A stretch of 64,000 bases of DNA from an uncultured Methanoregulaceae archaeon (GTDB taxonomy: Archaea > Halobacteriota > Methanomicrobia > Methanomicrobiales > Methanospirillaceae): positions 1,696,001 through 1,760,000 of the forward strand of contig CAVTTL010000001.1 of the NCBI GenBank assembly GCA_963737635.1. The letters run 5' to 3'. A program made the translations under genes and the position numbers. Below the pieces are notes generated by a model that was not told the DNA's origin, did no database searches, and saw only the letters and a program-made list of their open reading frames with translations. Positions 22,104 to 31,907 of the stretch are shown piece after piece. How positions within the stretch are numbered: position 1 is the first letter of the stretch; the number at the start of each line of letters is the position of its first letter.

Positions 22104-22478
22104 TTACTCCCCTGTCGTTTTGAGTGATCCAATAGTTGGTTCATCCTTTGCCGCTGCCGCACCCGGCGCCGGGGAAGCCAACTGCGCAGCCAAGGTATCC
22201 ACTTCGAGTGTTCCCTTCCTGAGATACTCGTCCTCTTCGCCATTCGTCAGGATTCCCAGCAGCCGGATCAATTCACCGGCGTGGACGCGTTCTTCGTTTG
22301 CGATATCGGTGAGCACTGCCTTTGCGAGTGCATTGTCGGTTGCATCCGCATGGGCGAGATAGCCGTGGATAGCTTCGAGTTCCCCCGCAATGTCGAGCCG
22401 GATGGCCCTCAGGAGTTCATCCTTTGTCAGTTTTCGATCCGGAACGGTGCCACTGAATGGGTTGAAAAAGTCTGGCAT
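22104..22478 (-). CDS. Ferritin-like encapsulin cargo protein with C-terminal cargo-loading peptide
   Basis: RAIRLDIAGELEAIHGY...DIANEERVHAGE ferroxidase-type ligands, Ala/Pro linker, PTIGSLK (LTVGSL-type targeting peptide); 5 nt upstream of the shell gene. Confidence 0.88.
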   Translation of the reverse strand: MPDFFNPFSGTVPDRKLTKDELLRAIRLDIAGELEAIHGYLAHADATDNALAKAVLTDIANEERVHAGELIRLLGILTNGEEDEYLRKGTLEVDTLAAQLASPAPGAAAAKDEPTIGSLKTTGE

Positions 22479-22501
22479 AATTTCCTCCGTTATTCCTCTA
22501 G

Positions 22502-22537
22502 GTCAATAGTATATCGTCAAGCATATATACTTTTGAC
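22502..22537. promoter_or_regulatory. Inverted repeat over the promoter of the cargo-encapsulin operon
   Basis: GTCAATAGTATAT-N10-ATATACTTTTGAC (12/13 complementary) overlapping TATATA, about 25-60 nt upstream of the cargo start codon. Confidence 0.6.
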
Positions 22538-22572
22538 TACCGGCATGATTTTATCCGGGTGCGAGCTCCAGA

Positions 22573-24126
22573 TTACGTAATAACCTTTTTTTTCCGGAGC
22601 AACCGGTTATAGGTGATGGCAAACCGGTGTGCCTCATTGCGGACCTCCTGAACATACCTGAGTGCGATGCCTTTTTTATCGAGCCTGAGGGGAAGTTCTT
22701 CTCCGGGCACATAGATCTCCTCCTCTCGTTTCGCAATCGCAATAACCGGCTGGCTGGCGGCACCAAGGGACAAAAGCGCTTCACGAGCTGCTGACAGCTG
22801 CCCTTTTCCTCCATCTACGATCACGAGGTCCGGGAACGGTGCGTGTTCATCAGACAGGCGCTGGTACCGCCTCTTTACCACCTCGGCTATTGAGGCAAAA
22901 TCATCTATCCCGGTGACGGTTTTTATCCTGAAACGCCGGTAGTTGCTTTTATCTGGTTTTCCGTCCCGGAACTGCACCATTGACCCGACCATTGCTGTAC
23001 CGGAGAGATGTGAGATGTCGAAGCATTCGATTACGGAAGGAGCGGAAGAAAGATGCAAGGCCGCACCCAGTTCGGCGCTCTTAAGCGCGTCCCGGAAGAA
23101 CGCAATTTCGAGGTTCTTTTGTGCAAGCTCGAGCAACTGTCGTTTCTCTCCCCGTTGCGGGACAACGATATTGACCTGCTGTCCCTTTTTTACCGAAAGA
23201 AATTCTGCGAGTGCAGGATCCGTCTCATGACCGAGGATCAGTTCTTTGGGTGCTTCGCGCTCCGAGTAGTACTGGACAAGAAACTCCTCAAAGAAGTCTT
23301 CACCGGCATCGAACGTGAACTCCTGCTTATTTACGAGCGTTCCCAGTTCGACGTTAAACGCAGTCAGGTAGACCCTGCCATCCGTTACCTGGTACGCAAT
23401 CACGTCCTGGTCGTACTCCCGCCGGCGCTCGACATGCTGCCGCTCGGCAAGGTGTTCTATTGCCGCGATCTCATTTCGCAGTACGAGAGCCCGCTCGTAA
23501 TCCTCTGACGCTGACCGTGCCGTCATCTCGTTCCGGAGTTTTGCAAGCAGCTCCGTAGACCTGCCTTTAAGGAGCAGGGTGGCTTTTTTTACATTTTCCT
23601 CGTACGCATCAGGGCTCACGGTTCCCGTACAGGGTGCGCTGCAGGACTGCATATGCCGCCGAAGGCAGGGGCGTTTCGGGAGTTTTCTGCAGGTTCGCAG
23701 GTGAAAGATCTTTTTTGCTACGTTGAGCACATGGTCGCGCTCGGCCGCGGAGACAAACGGCCCGAAAAACGTCCCGTCACCCGTTGCCCGCCGTGCGATC
23801 ACCAATCTCGGGAACTCCCCCCCGGTAAGTTCTATCCACGCATAGCGTTTTGCGTCTTTTAAATCGATGTTATACTTCGGTTGGTGTTTTTTGATAAGGG
23901 TGTTTTCGAGAAGGAAAGCCTCTGTTTCGTTGTCTGTTACTATCACACTCACTGACGCGATATGAGTGATGAGGCTCCGTGTTTTGGGGTCATGATCTTT
24001 CTTGGTAAAGTAGCTCGACACCCGTTTTCTGAGGTTTTTTGCCTTTCCCACATAGATAATAGTCCCGGTCTCATCAGAGTAAAGATAGCAACCGGGGTTT
24101 TCGGGAAGGCTTGTTGTATCGATCAT
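22573..24126 (-). CDS. uvrC: Excinuclease ABC subunit C
   Basis: GIY-YIG (PGCY...IIYVGKAKNLRKRVSSYF), UVR domain, IECFDISH, DGGKGQL, RNEAHRFA; lacks the HhH tail. Confidence 0.95.
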   Translation of the reverse strand: MIDTTSLPENPGCYLYSDETGTIIYVGKAKNLRKRVSSYFTKKDHDPKTRSLITHIASVSVIVTDNETEAFLLENTLIKKHQPKYNIDLKDAKRYAWIELTGGEFPRLVIARRATGDGTFFGPFVSAAERDHVLNVAKKIFHLRTCRKLPKRPCLRRHMQSCSAPCTGTVSPDAYEENVKKATLLLKGRSTELLAKLRNEMTARSASEDYERALVLRNEIAAIEHLAERQHVERRREYDQDVIAYQVTDGRVYLTAFNVELGTLVNKQEFTFDAGEDFFEEFLVQYYSEREAPKELILGHETDPALAEFLSVKKGQQVNIVVPQRGEKRQLLELAQKNLEIAFFRDALKSAELGAALHLSSAPSVIECFDISHLSGTAMVGSMVQFRDGKPDKSNYRRFRIKTVTGIDDFASIAEVVKRRYQRLSDEHAPFPDLVIVDGGKGQLSAAREALLSLGAASQPVIAIAKREEEIYVPGEELPLRLDKKGIALRYVQEVRNEAHRFAITYNRLLRKKKVIT

Positions 24127-24153
24127 GGATTAAAAGAGTATCAGGGTACAGGC

Positions 24154-25521
24154 TCATAAGCGCTGGGGATGGGGTAAAGATTCGATGATCAATCTGCACA
24201 GGCCAGTACAGTTCTCATCAGGACTTTTGTCAGGATAGTGGATTTTCTTTGAAAAACGAGTGTGGGCGGGAGGTTTTGACTGATGATTGCAGTTGTCACA
24301 CGACCCGCAGGTCTCTTGGACAGACGTCTCTCCAAAATAGTCAAGCAGGAATTTTCTCCGGCAGTGGGTTGTCTCGCAGAAACCGACCATGTCATGGAGT
24401 TTTTTCTGCGCGATCCGGATTGAACGTTCGCTGCCACTATCCCGATCGAGCAGTAACCGGACCTTATGCACGTCTGCCCTGCTGTACAAGAGGATGCATT
24501 CCCCGGGTTTTCCATCGCGGCCGGCCCTTCCCGTTTCCTGGTAATAGGATTCAATGGATTTTGGGAGGTCATAGTGGATGACAAAACGCACATCGGGTTT
24601 ATCGATCCCCATCCCGAATGCGACGGTAGCACAGATGATCCGGACGGTATTTTTAAGGAATGCGTCCTGCACGCGCTCTCGCGCAGGGGTGGAAAGCCCG
24701 GCGTGGTACGCAAGCGCCTCAAAACCCCGTTTACGGAGATCCGATGCGATCTCCTCAGTCTCCTTCCTGCTCATGCAGTAGATAATGCCGGCCTTGTTCT
24801 TGTGCCGGCAGAGGAACTCGGCGAGCTGGATCGTTGGGTTCTTCTTTGTGATCACCCGGTACGACAGGTTTTTCCGGCCAAAACTCCCGACAAACTCACG
24901 GGCCCGGACAAGCCCGAGCTGCTGGGAGATATCCTTTCGTACTTCCGGGACTGCCGTAGCCGTGAGTGCGATGATAGGGATTCCGGGTAATGTTTTCCTG
25001 ATCCGGGCCAGCGCCCGGTATTCAGGGCGAAAATGGTGCCCCCATTCCGAGATACAGTGCGCTTCATCGATGGCAATAAGACGGACCGGGGCACCGGCCA
25101 AGGATTCGAGGAAACCGGGCTGCATGCATTTTTCGGGCGAGACAAAGAGGAGCCGGAGCCTGCCCTCCCGTATCTCTGTCCCGATGCGGCTGCGCCTGTC
25201 TGAATCGAGCTGGCCGGTCCAGGCTGCAGCCGAAATGCCTCTGGCATTAAGGACATCCACCTGGTCTTTCATGAGTGCAAGAAGCGGGGAGATGACAAGG
25301 GTCAATCCCCCGAAGTACAGGGCAGGCAGCTGGTAACAGAGGGATTTCCCGCTGCCGGTCGCCATGATGGCAAGAGTATCATGGCCTTTCAGGACAGAGG
25401 TGATGATCGCTTTCTGGTGCGGCAGGAATGCAGGGTGCCCCCAGTATTTTTCGAGCAGGCTGATGGGAGATGGATGCTGTTCAGGGTATTGTTGCTGTGG
25501 GGCAGTCTGCGGTGTATCCAT
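24154..25521 (-). CDS. recQ: RecQ-family ATP-dependent DNA helicase (short form)
   Basis: TGSGKSLCYQLPA, DEAHCISEWGHHFRPEY, LTATA, ATVAFGMGIDKPDVR, YYQETGRAGRDG, Zn domain CRR...CGSCDNC. Start assumed at MDTPQ. Confidence 0.92.
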   Translation of the reverse strand: MDTPQTAPQQQYPEQHPSPISLLEKYWGHPAFLPHQKAIITSVLKGHDTLAIMATGSGKSLCYQLPALYFGGLTLVISPLLALMKDQVDVLNARGISAAAWTGQLDSDRRSRIGTEIREGRLRLLFVSPEKCMQPGFLESLAGAPVRLIAIDEAHCISEWGHHFRPEYRALARIRKTLPGIPIIALTATAVPEVRKDISQQLGLVRAREFVGSFGRKNLSYRVITKKNPTIQLAEFLCRHKNKAGIIYCMSRKETEEIASDLRKRGFEALAYHAGLSTPARERVQDAFLKNTVRIICATVAFGMGIDKPDVRFVIHYDLPKSIESYYQETGRAGRDGKPGECILLYSRADVHKVRLLLDRDSGSERSIRIAQKKLHDMVGFCETTHCRRKFLLDYFGETSVQETCGSCDNCNHQSKPPAHTRFSKKIHYPDKSPDENCTGLCRLIIESLPHPQRL

Positions 25522-25668
25522 ACATGTCCTCGCTTGAGAATACAATAATGCGTGAGGAGACATGAGGCAGGACCATATATGAACTCCCGGGCGTGGGGAG
25601 TGAAACTGAAAGCGGGTATGCCATATCAATGGTTGCAACCATGAGCAATCCAAGACGACGGCAGGTGG

Positions 25669-25790
25669 AACAACGAATTCAAAGATCACCTCAAAAGATA
25701 TGGTATCAAGCCCCTATTGGCCAGAGTGAAGCATCCCCGGACGAATGGAACGTTAGAACTATTTTCCGGGAGTTTACGAGAATCATAGGT
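25669..25790 (+). mobile_element. Degraded transposase fragment, IS481-like integrase core
   Basis: Manual translation NNEFKDHLKRYGIKPLLARVKHPRTNGTLELF resembles the GIKxIxARVKHPQTNGKIERF segment of rve/IS481-type transposases. No start codon and no intact ORF. Confidence 0.6.
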
Positions 25791-25900
25791 CAGTTTTTCG
25801 TTTATTCGACGTTTTTTATAGGCGGGTACAACGATACAGGGATGTTTTAAGAAGGAAAAAAACTAACCAGAATGAGCCAAAGGCGTAGCGAGGTAACTGT

Positions 25901-26039
25901 ATGCCAACAAGTAAGAAACAGATGACGAAGCTGAACCAAGTGAAGAAGGCCAAGGCAGAAGAGCCTCTCGAAGCAGGCGGCTGCGGGTAGCAAAGACGCC
26001 AAGAAGAAGCTTAAGAAGCTTGAGAAAAAACTCAAGTGA
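25901..26039 (+). CDS. Small Lys-rich protein (45 aa), one apparent extra base near 25964
   Basis: GAGGT RBS, ATG 25901; removing one C gives MPTSKKQMTKLNQVKKAKAEELSKQAAAGSKDAKKKLKKLEKKLK*. A T-rich terminator follows. Confidence 0.6.
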
Positions 26040-26262
26040 GCCGCCTGGAATTTCCACCTCTTTTTATTTTCCTTTAAAAGGGCTGATATAAACTAATAGA
26101 GCTATGCAAGTCACAAAAATGCTCGTATCTGAAGGGTAGCAGAAGGCTCAATTTTCAAATGTTAAAAAAATACTGATAAATGCGCTCTTTCTGATGTGAA
26201 TGCAAAAAGACAACGTTTATAGGATCTACTTTGAGTTTCTTTAAAAAATGGTATTAAAAAGC

Positions 26263-29073
26263 CTATACTTTTTTCTTAAGCATCTCTTTCAGGAACTGCC
26301 CGGTATAACTCTCCGGTACCGCAGCTACCTTTTCCGGTGTTCCGGTTGCCACGATCTCGCCACCGGCATCTCCTCCATCAGGCCCGATGTCTATGAGGTA
26401 ATCGGCCGACTTGATCACGTCGAGATTATGCTCGATCACGACCACCGTATTACCTTTCTCCACGAGATCATCGAGTACCGTAATCAGTTTCTTCGTATCG
26501 TCGAAATGGAGCCCGGTCGTCGGCTCATCGAGCAGGTAGAGTGTCTTTCCTGTTGCTCTCTTTGCGAGTTCCCGGGTGAGCTTGATCCGCTGGGCCTCCC
26601 CGCCCGAGAGTGTGGTCGCGCTCTGGCCGAGTTTGACATAATCGAGGCCGACCCGGGAGAGCATCTCAAGCTTGCCCCGGATCGAGGGAATGTTCTCGAA
26701 GAGCGCCATCGCTTCCTCAACACTCATGTCCAGAACATCAGCGATTGACTTACCTTTGTATTTCACTTCAAGGGTCTCGCGGTTGTATCGCTTCCCCTTG
26801 CACTCCTCGCATTCGATATAGACATCCGGCAGGAAGTTCATCTCGATCTTGATCATGCCGTCCCCTTCACATGCCTCGCACCGGCCGCCCCTGATATTAA
26901 ACGAGAACCGCCCGGGCTTATAGCCCCGCATCTTTGCCTCCTTTGTCCCTGCAAAAACGGTCCGGATCTCATCAAAGACTTTGGTGTATGTCGCCGGATT
27001 CGAGCGTGGTGTCCGGCCGATCGGGCTCTGGTCAATCACGATCACTTTGTCGATCTCGGAATCGAACGTGATCGCGGTGTGCGCTCCTGCCTGTTCCCGG
27101 GAGCCGTAGAGCTTCTGCATCATGCCCTTGTACAGCGTGTCGTAGACGAGCGTGGACTTCCCGGACCCCGAAACGCCGGTCACCACCGAAAAGAGGCCGA
27201 TCGGGATCTTCACGTTGATGTTCTTGAGGTTATTCTCCCTGCAGCCTTTGACCGTCACAAACTTTGAAGCCTTCCGGCGCGTGCCGGGCACTTCTATCCG
27301 CTTTTTCCCGGCAAGGTATTGCCCGGTAAGGGACTTTTTGTTCTTCTCGATCTGCTGGGGTGTGCCCTCGGCAACAACTGAACCACCGTGCAGGCCGGCT
27401 CCGGGTCCGATATCGATCACGTGGTCGGCGCTGCGGATCATGTCTTCGTCATGCTCAACGACAATCAGGGTGTTTCCGATATCGCGCAGCGTCCGCAGGG
27501 TTTCGATCAGCTTCCGGTTGTCCCGTTGGTGCAGCCCGATGGAAGGTTCGTCGAGCACGTAGAGGACGCCCATGAGGTTCGAGCCGATCTGGGTGGCAAG
27601 CCGGATCCGCTGGGCCTCGCCTCCGGAGAGCGTTCCTGCGTTCCTCGAGAGCGTGAGGTAACCAAGGCCAACCTTTTCGAGGAACAGTAACCGGGACCGG
27701 ATCTCTTTTATAATTTGGCGGGCGATCCCCTCCTCTTTTTCGGTGAGCCTGAGGCCGGAGAAGAACTCAAGGCTTGCTGCGATCGAAAGATCGGTCACAT
27801 CGATGATTGACTTGCCATCGATCCGGACCGCGAGCACCTTCTCCTTGAGCCGTTGTCCCTTGCAGGCCGGGCAGGGAAAGACCCGCATGTAACTCTCCAG
27901 TTCCCGCTTCCGCCACTCGGATTGGGTCTGGGCATAGAGCCGGGCGGTCTGTGGCAGGAGTCCCTCCCACTCGCCGTTATGCGACCACTGGGCGTCCCCG
28001 TTTTTCATGCTCATTGAGAAGTGCATTTTCTCGCTCGAACCGTACATCAAGGCGTTATATTGGGTATCGGTAAGGTCTTTTATTGGAGTGAGAGCGGAGA
28101 AACCGAAATGCTTTGCCACGGTAGCCAGGTACTGGCCCCGGAAACCATCCATCGGGTTCCGGTACGGTGCCACCGCACCATCCGCGATACACCGGTTTTT
28201 ATCGGGAATAATGAGGTCGGCATCGAATTCCATCTTGACCCCGAGCCCATGACATTCTTCGCAGGCCCCAAACGGGCTGTTGAACGAGAACATTCTCGGC
28301 TGGAGTTCCTCGAATGCGAGACCGCAGACCGGACAGGCAAGAAGGGAGGAGTACGTGGACTCCTTCCCCGCTTCGTCTGCAACGAGTACCAGCCCTTCGG
28401 ATTTTTTAAGCGTATTCTCGACTGCCTCAGATAGGCGGGACCTATCGGAGGTATCCAGCCGGTCGATCACGATCTCGATGTCCTGCTTCTTGTACCGGTC
28501 AAGAGCGATCTCCTCGTCGGTACGAATGATCTTCTTGTTCACCCGGACCCGGGCGTATCCCTCCTTGTTTAAGTCTTTGAGAAGTTGCTGGTAGGTACCT
28601 TTCTTCTGCCGGACGATGGGCGCAAGAACAGTAACCATACCGGGATGTTCTGCTGCTATCTGGTCGGCGATCCGGTCCGGTGTCTGGGCAGCTATCGGGA
28701 TATTGTGCTCGGGACAATAGGGTGTACCGATTCGGGCAAAAAGCAACCGGAGGTAGTCGTAGATCTCAGTGGTCGTCCCAACAGTCGAACGGGGGTTTTT
28801 GGATGTGGTCTTCTGTTCGATCGAGATGGCTGGCGAGAGTCCTTCGATGGAATCCACGTCCGGCTTGTGCATAAGCCCCAGAAACTGGCGGGCATACGTC
28901 GAGAGCGATTCTACGTATCGCCGCTGGCCTTCGGCATAGAGTGTATCAAAAGCGAGTGTTGATTTGCCGGATCCTGAGACACCCGTTATCACCACAAGCT
29001 TGTCACGGGGGATCTCAACATTGATATTTTTCAGGTTGTGCTGGCGCGCACCTTTGATGATGATATTCTTCAT
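26263..29073 (-). CDS. uvrA: Excinuclease ABC subunit A
   Basis: [10 protein letters not shown], two GVSGSGKS Walker A motifs, two LSGGEAQR signatures, Zn fingers. Confidence 0.97.
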   Translation of the reverse strand: MKNIIIKGARQHNLKNINVEIPRDKLVVITGVSGSGKSTLAFDTLYAEGQRRYVESLSTYARQFLGLMHKPDVDSIEGLSPAISIEQKTTSKNPRSTVGTTTEIYDYLRLLFARIGTPYCPEHNIPIAAQTPDRIADQIAAEHPGMVTVLAPIVRQKKGTYQQLLKDLNKEGYARVRVNKKIIRTDEEIALDRYKKQDIEIVIDRLDTSDRSRLSEAVENTLKKSEGLVLVADEAGKESTYSSLLACPVCGLAFEELQPRMFSFNSPFGACEECHGLGVKMEFDADLIIPDKNRCIADGAVAPYRNPMDGFRGQYLATVAKHFGFSALTPIKDLTDTQYNALMYGSSEKMHFSMSMKNGDAQWSHNGEWEGLLPQTARLYAQTQSEWRKRELESYMRVFPCPACKGQRLKEKVLAVRIDGKSIIDVTDLSIAASLEFFSGLRLTEKEEGIARQIIKEIRSRLLFLEKVGLGYLTLSRNAGTLSGGEAQRIRLATQIGSNLMGVLYVLDEPSIGLHQRDNRKLIETLRTLRDIGNTLIVVEHDEDMIRSADHVIDIGPGAGLHGGSVVAEGTPQQIEKNKKSLTGQYLAGKKRIEVPGTRRKASKFVTVKGCRENNLKNINVKIPIGLFSVVTGVSGSGKSTLVYDTLYKGMMQKLYGSREQAGAHTAITFDSEIDKVIVIDQSPIGRTPRSNPATYTKVFDEIRTVFAGTKEAKMRGYKPGRFSFNIRGGRCEACEGDGMIKIEMNFLPDVYIECEECKGKRYNRETLEVKYKGKSIADVLDMSVEEAMALFENIPSIRGKLEMLSRVGLDYVKLGQSATTLSGGEAQRIKLTRELAKRATGKTLYLLDEPTTGLHFDDTKKLITVLDDLVEKGNTVVVIEHNLDVIKSADYLIDIGPDGGDAGGEIVATGTPEKVAAVPESYTGQFLKEMLKKKV

Positions 29074-29217
29074 ACTGGTGTGAGGTACACAATGGATGCC
29101 GGTATTTAAAGAGATGAGTTATGGGGCATGAAAGTAAGCCCGATCCGGGAATAATAATTAACGGGGGTGCGGCTAAATACCGGGTCACCCTATATTTCCG
29201 GGAACGAAGGTGAAATG

Positions 29218-29406
29218 ATGCCCGTCGTAATTCTCAAAATGCGCAAAGGCTGGACTACCGAACAGAAACGCAGGATCGTCAAAGAGTTCACCAGCACCCT
29301 TGTATCCACGCTGAAAATCGACCCGGATCTCGTTACGATCATGATCGATGAACACAGCCTCGAGGATATCGGCCATGGCGGTGTGCTCCGGTGCGACGAG
29401 CACTGA
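29218..29406 (+). CDS. 4-oxalocrotonate tautomerase family protein
   Basis: M-P start (catalytic Pro1), GWTTEQKRRIV, terminal IGHGG; about 62 aa. Confidence 0.85.
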   Translation: MPVVILKMRKGWTTEQKRRIVKEFTSTLVSTLKIDPDLVTIMIDEHSLEDIGHGGVLRCDEH

Positions 29407-29652
29407 TCTTTTTTTTAAAAACCCGGAGCGGGATCGCGATTACCCGCCTTCCGTGCCGGCCGCGTGCGGTGGGGGCGGGGCCGGGCTTGTGGTGATGGGG
29501 CGGACCCATGGGCCGGAGATGGAGAGGGCCGTTCTCGATTCTTAATGATTCTGCATCTTTTGGATAAAAACGATCCATTAAATATTTTCGATCCTATTCA
29601 GATCGTATCGTAGTATATCACACTAAGAACTAAAGGTTGTGGAGAAGAGAAA

Positions 29653-30078
29653 ATGTCTTCAGTATCTGAAATGTGGAAGTCTTTTGGGAATTCGGAACGG
29701 ATATTGGCGGTTCTGTTTGCAATGGGATTCATTCTGGGCTTCCTGCTGACTCCGCTCGGATTCGAAACACGTATGAATGAACTACGGACCTTGGCGTTTG
29801 CAGCATTTTTTGTGACCGTGGGGTTGTTGATTCCGATTGCCGGACTTGTTTTACTGCTGTTCCGAAGACCAAAAGTCGCGGGCGTTCTGGCGGTCATCGG
29901 TGCTGTGCTCAATTTCCTCACCGCGCCCGCCGACCAGGCACTGGTTTTCTTCACGGTCCCCCCTCCGCCTGCCGTTACGGCGGGTGAGTATATTCTCATC
30001 CTGGTGGGAGTCGGGTATGTGCTGTACGGACAACGAGTATATGACGAACAGTCGAAGAAACAGGGCACCATGAACTAA
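29653..30078 (+). CDS. Hypothetical 4-TM membrane protein
   Basis: GGAG RBS, four hydrophobic segments. Confidence 0.65.
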   Translation: MSSVSEMWKSFGNSERILAVLFAMGFILGFLLTPLGFETRMNELRTLAFAAFFVTVGLLIPIAGLVLLLFRRPKVAGVLAVIGAVLNFLTAPADQALVFFTVPPPPAVTAGEYILILVGVGYVLYGQRVYDEQSKKQGTMN

Positions 30079-30216
30079 TTCAGTGGCAGAAGAGACCGCA
30101 CAAACCCCCTCTTTGAAGTGAGATAAAGATCCTCCCATCCCTCCCATTTTTTTAAAAATCAGAACCGTTAAAATATAATTGAAGATGGCAGATCAATTCT
30201 TTCTTATGCACCCGGG

Positions 30217-31323
30217 TTATTGCGTCCGTCTCCCGGCCTTGCGCTCTTCATAAGAGATCTGAGTGCTTCTCCCGGGCGTAAGTTCTTCTTTTTTCTTCTC
30301 ATCGCTCTGGAACCGTTCATCAAGAGGAATACTCGCACTCCGTCCTCTGGTGAGTGTCCTGTCTTCGTCCCGGGAGCTCCGGAAGCGTTCCTCAAGCGGG
30401 ATCCGGCTGCTTTCCCCTTGCCCGAGCCTATCCTCATCATCTCGTCCGCGCTGCGAACGTTCTTCGAAGGGGATCGCATTGCTTCTGTCGCGTGCCGCAG
30501 GGTTTCCCCTGTGGATATCCTGCGACGACGCGTCTCCATCAGGGATAAAATCGATACCGGTATCTTCCCGGGCCGCCATCCTTGCAGGAGACCTGCCCTG
30601 CGGCCCACGCGATTGTGCAGGAGGCTGCATCGGGGAACGCGCAGAGGAAATCCCCTCAGAAGGCCTGCCCTCATCGGAAGTATGCCGTGGGCCGGTATAC
30701 GCAAACCTGCTCTGCCCGGGTGCTGACCCCCGGATTTTAGCCACCTGTTCGTCGATCTCTGCTTCTACTTCGCCGGAGCTTTTTTCGGTAAACATCAGGA
30801 ACTGGAGGAAGGCTTCAGGTTCGCAGAAGACCGATACATCAAGCCGCTCAAAAACCAGCCTCCGCTCTACGTCGCCATACCATCCTCCCGCGCGGATAGT
30901 GATCGTTTCACTTCCGGGATCGAAAGCATAAACCCGCTCCACACCGCCATCCCTCCCGAACGTAGTCTCGGCTACCCCGCTGCCTTCAAAAGTAAAGGTT
31001 TTCCCGACAGCACCGTAGTCTCCTCCCTCCCGCATCACGATCTGTCGGCCACCAGCCTCGTACCGGAACGTGCGGGGAGGATGTCCGAAGGAAAAAGTCT
31101 CTTCGAGCATACCGTAGTTGTCAAAGACGAACCGCCGGAGTATTTTCCCCGGTTGTGCAGGATCGTTCTCCGTCATCGTGTTTGAAGATGGATCGAACCG
31201 GTAAAGCCTCCGTGCAGAGTCGTGGCCATCCAACACCCGGACATCGGCTGCACCGTAATGGTACACCCGGCTGATCGATTCCTGCTGGTTCCCAGTAAAT
31301 TCGGTGATAACTGACTCGGTCAT
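30217..31323 (-). CDS. Hypothetical protein: beta-hairpin repeat N-domain plus disordered tail with IPxEER repeats
   Basis: 368-aa ORF with RBS. Recurrent RxY/FxF/Y-D/E units in the N-half; four SxxI(P/S)x(E/D)ER repeats in the C-tail. Confidence 0.7.
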   Translation of the reverse strand: MTESVITEFTGNQQESISRVYHYGAADVRVLDGHDSARRLYRFDPSSNTMTENDPAQPGKILRRFVFDNYGMLEETFSFGHPPRTFRYEAGGRQIVMREGGDYGAVGKTFTFEGSGVAETTFGRDGGVERVYAFDPGSETITIRAGGWYGDVERRLVFERLDVSVFCEPEAFLQFLMFTEKSSGEVEAEIDEQVAKIRGSAPGQSRFAYTGPRHTSDEGRPSEGISSARSPMQPPAQSRGPQGRSPARMAAREDTGIDFIPDGDASSQDIHRGNPAARDRSNAIPFEERSQRGRDDEDRLGQGESSRIPLEERFRSSRDEDRTLTRGRSASIPLDERFQSDEKKKEELTPGRSTQISYEERKAGRRTQ

Positions 31324-31553
31324 GATCCTCTGCCTCTCGGTCTGCCTGATTTTTTAAGTATTGTTTTTCCTCATAAAAAGAGTTGTTCTCCCGCTAGATC
31401 TTCAACACTTTTGTAATAAAAGAGATCACCGCGGGACTAAAAATATTCTGTATACCGAGGCGTACTGTTTATGTTTGGACCGACCTTAGCGGCATAGTTA
31501 TCTCCAAATCATTCCCCTTGTCGTACGCACGGGTCCGGAAATCGCACCGGTTC

Positions 31554-31907
31554 TCACTTCGTTTTAGAATACTCACCAGGGACAAACTGAATCCCATCAT
31601 ACATCGGTCCGAAAAAATTCTCGTCGACAACGGCAACATTTAATTTTCCCGTTATTATGTCGTCAAACTCATTCTCGAATATCTGACAAGGGAACGTATT
31701 GGTCTGTTTCAGGTAAAACCGGACCCACTCCGACCAGAGCAACATGCGTTGAACGCTCTTGATCCGGTTACGCCGAACATGTTGTGATAAGAATTCAAGG
31801 AACAAGGATATTTCATTCGGTCCTTTTGCAGCACTATTTGGCATTCCATACATTTCGCTGGAGGCAATCCTGGCTGACATTTCTGTTGATGTGATAATTT
31901 CAATCAC
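31554..31907 (-). CDS. Hypothetical protein (possible small winged-helix domain)
   Basis: CAGGTG RBS; FLEFLSQHV...LWSEWVRFY...YDGIQF pattern is reminiscent of D5/RFX-type wH domains. Confidence 0.5.
   Translation of the reverse strand: MIEIITSTEMSARIASSEMYGMPNSAAKGPNEISLFLEFLSQHVRRNRIKSVQRMLLWSEWVRFYLKQTNTFPCQIFENEFDDIITGKLNVAVVDENFFGPMYDGIQFVPGEYSKTK

Noticed and set aside
29415-29540. GC-rich stretch with hairpin CGGA-GCGGG...CCCGC-TCCG after the tautomerase gene, as an ncRNA
   Set aside because: No tRNA, SRP, RNase P or C/D-box features. It is more likely a terminator-associated hairpin or a gene remnant.
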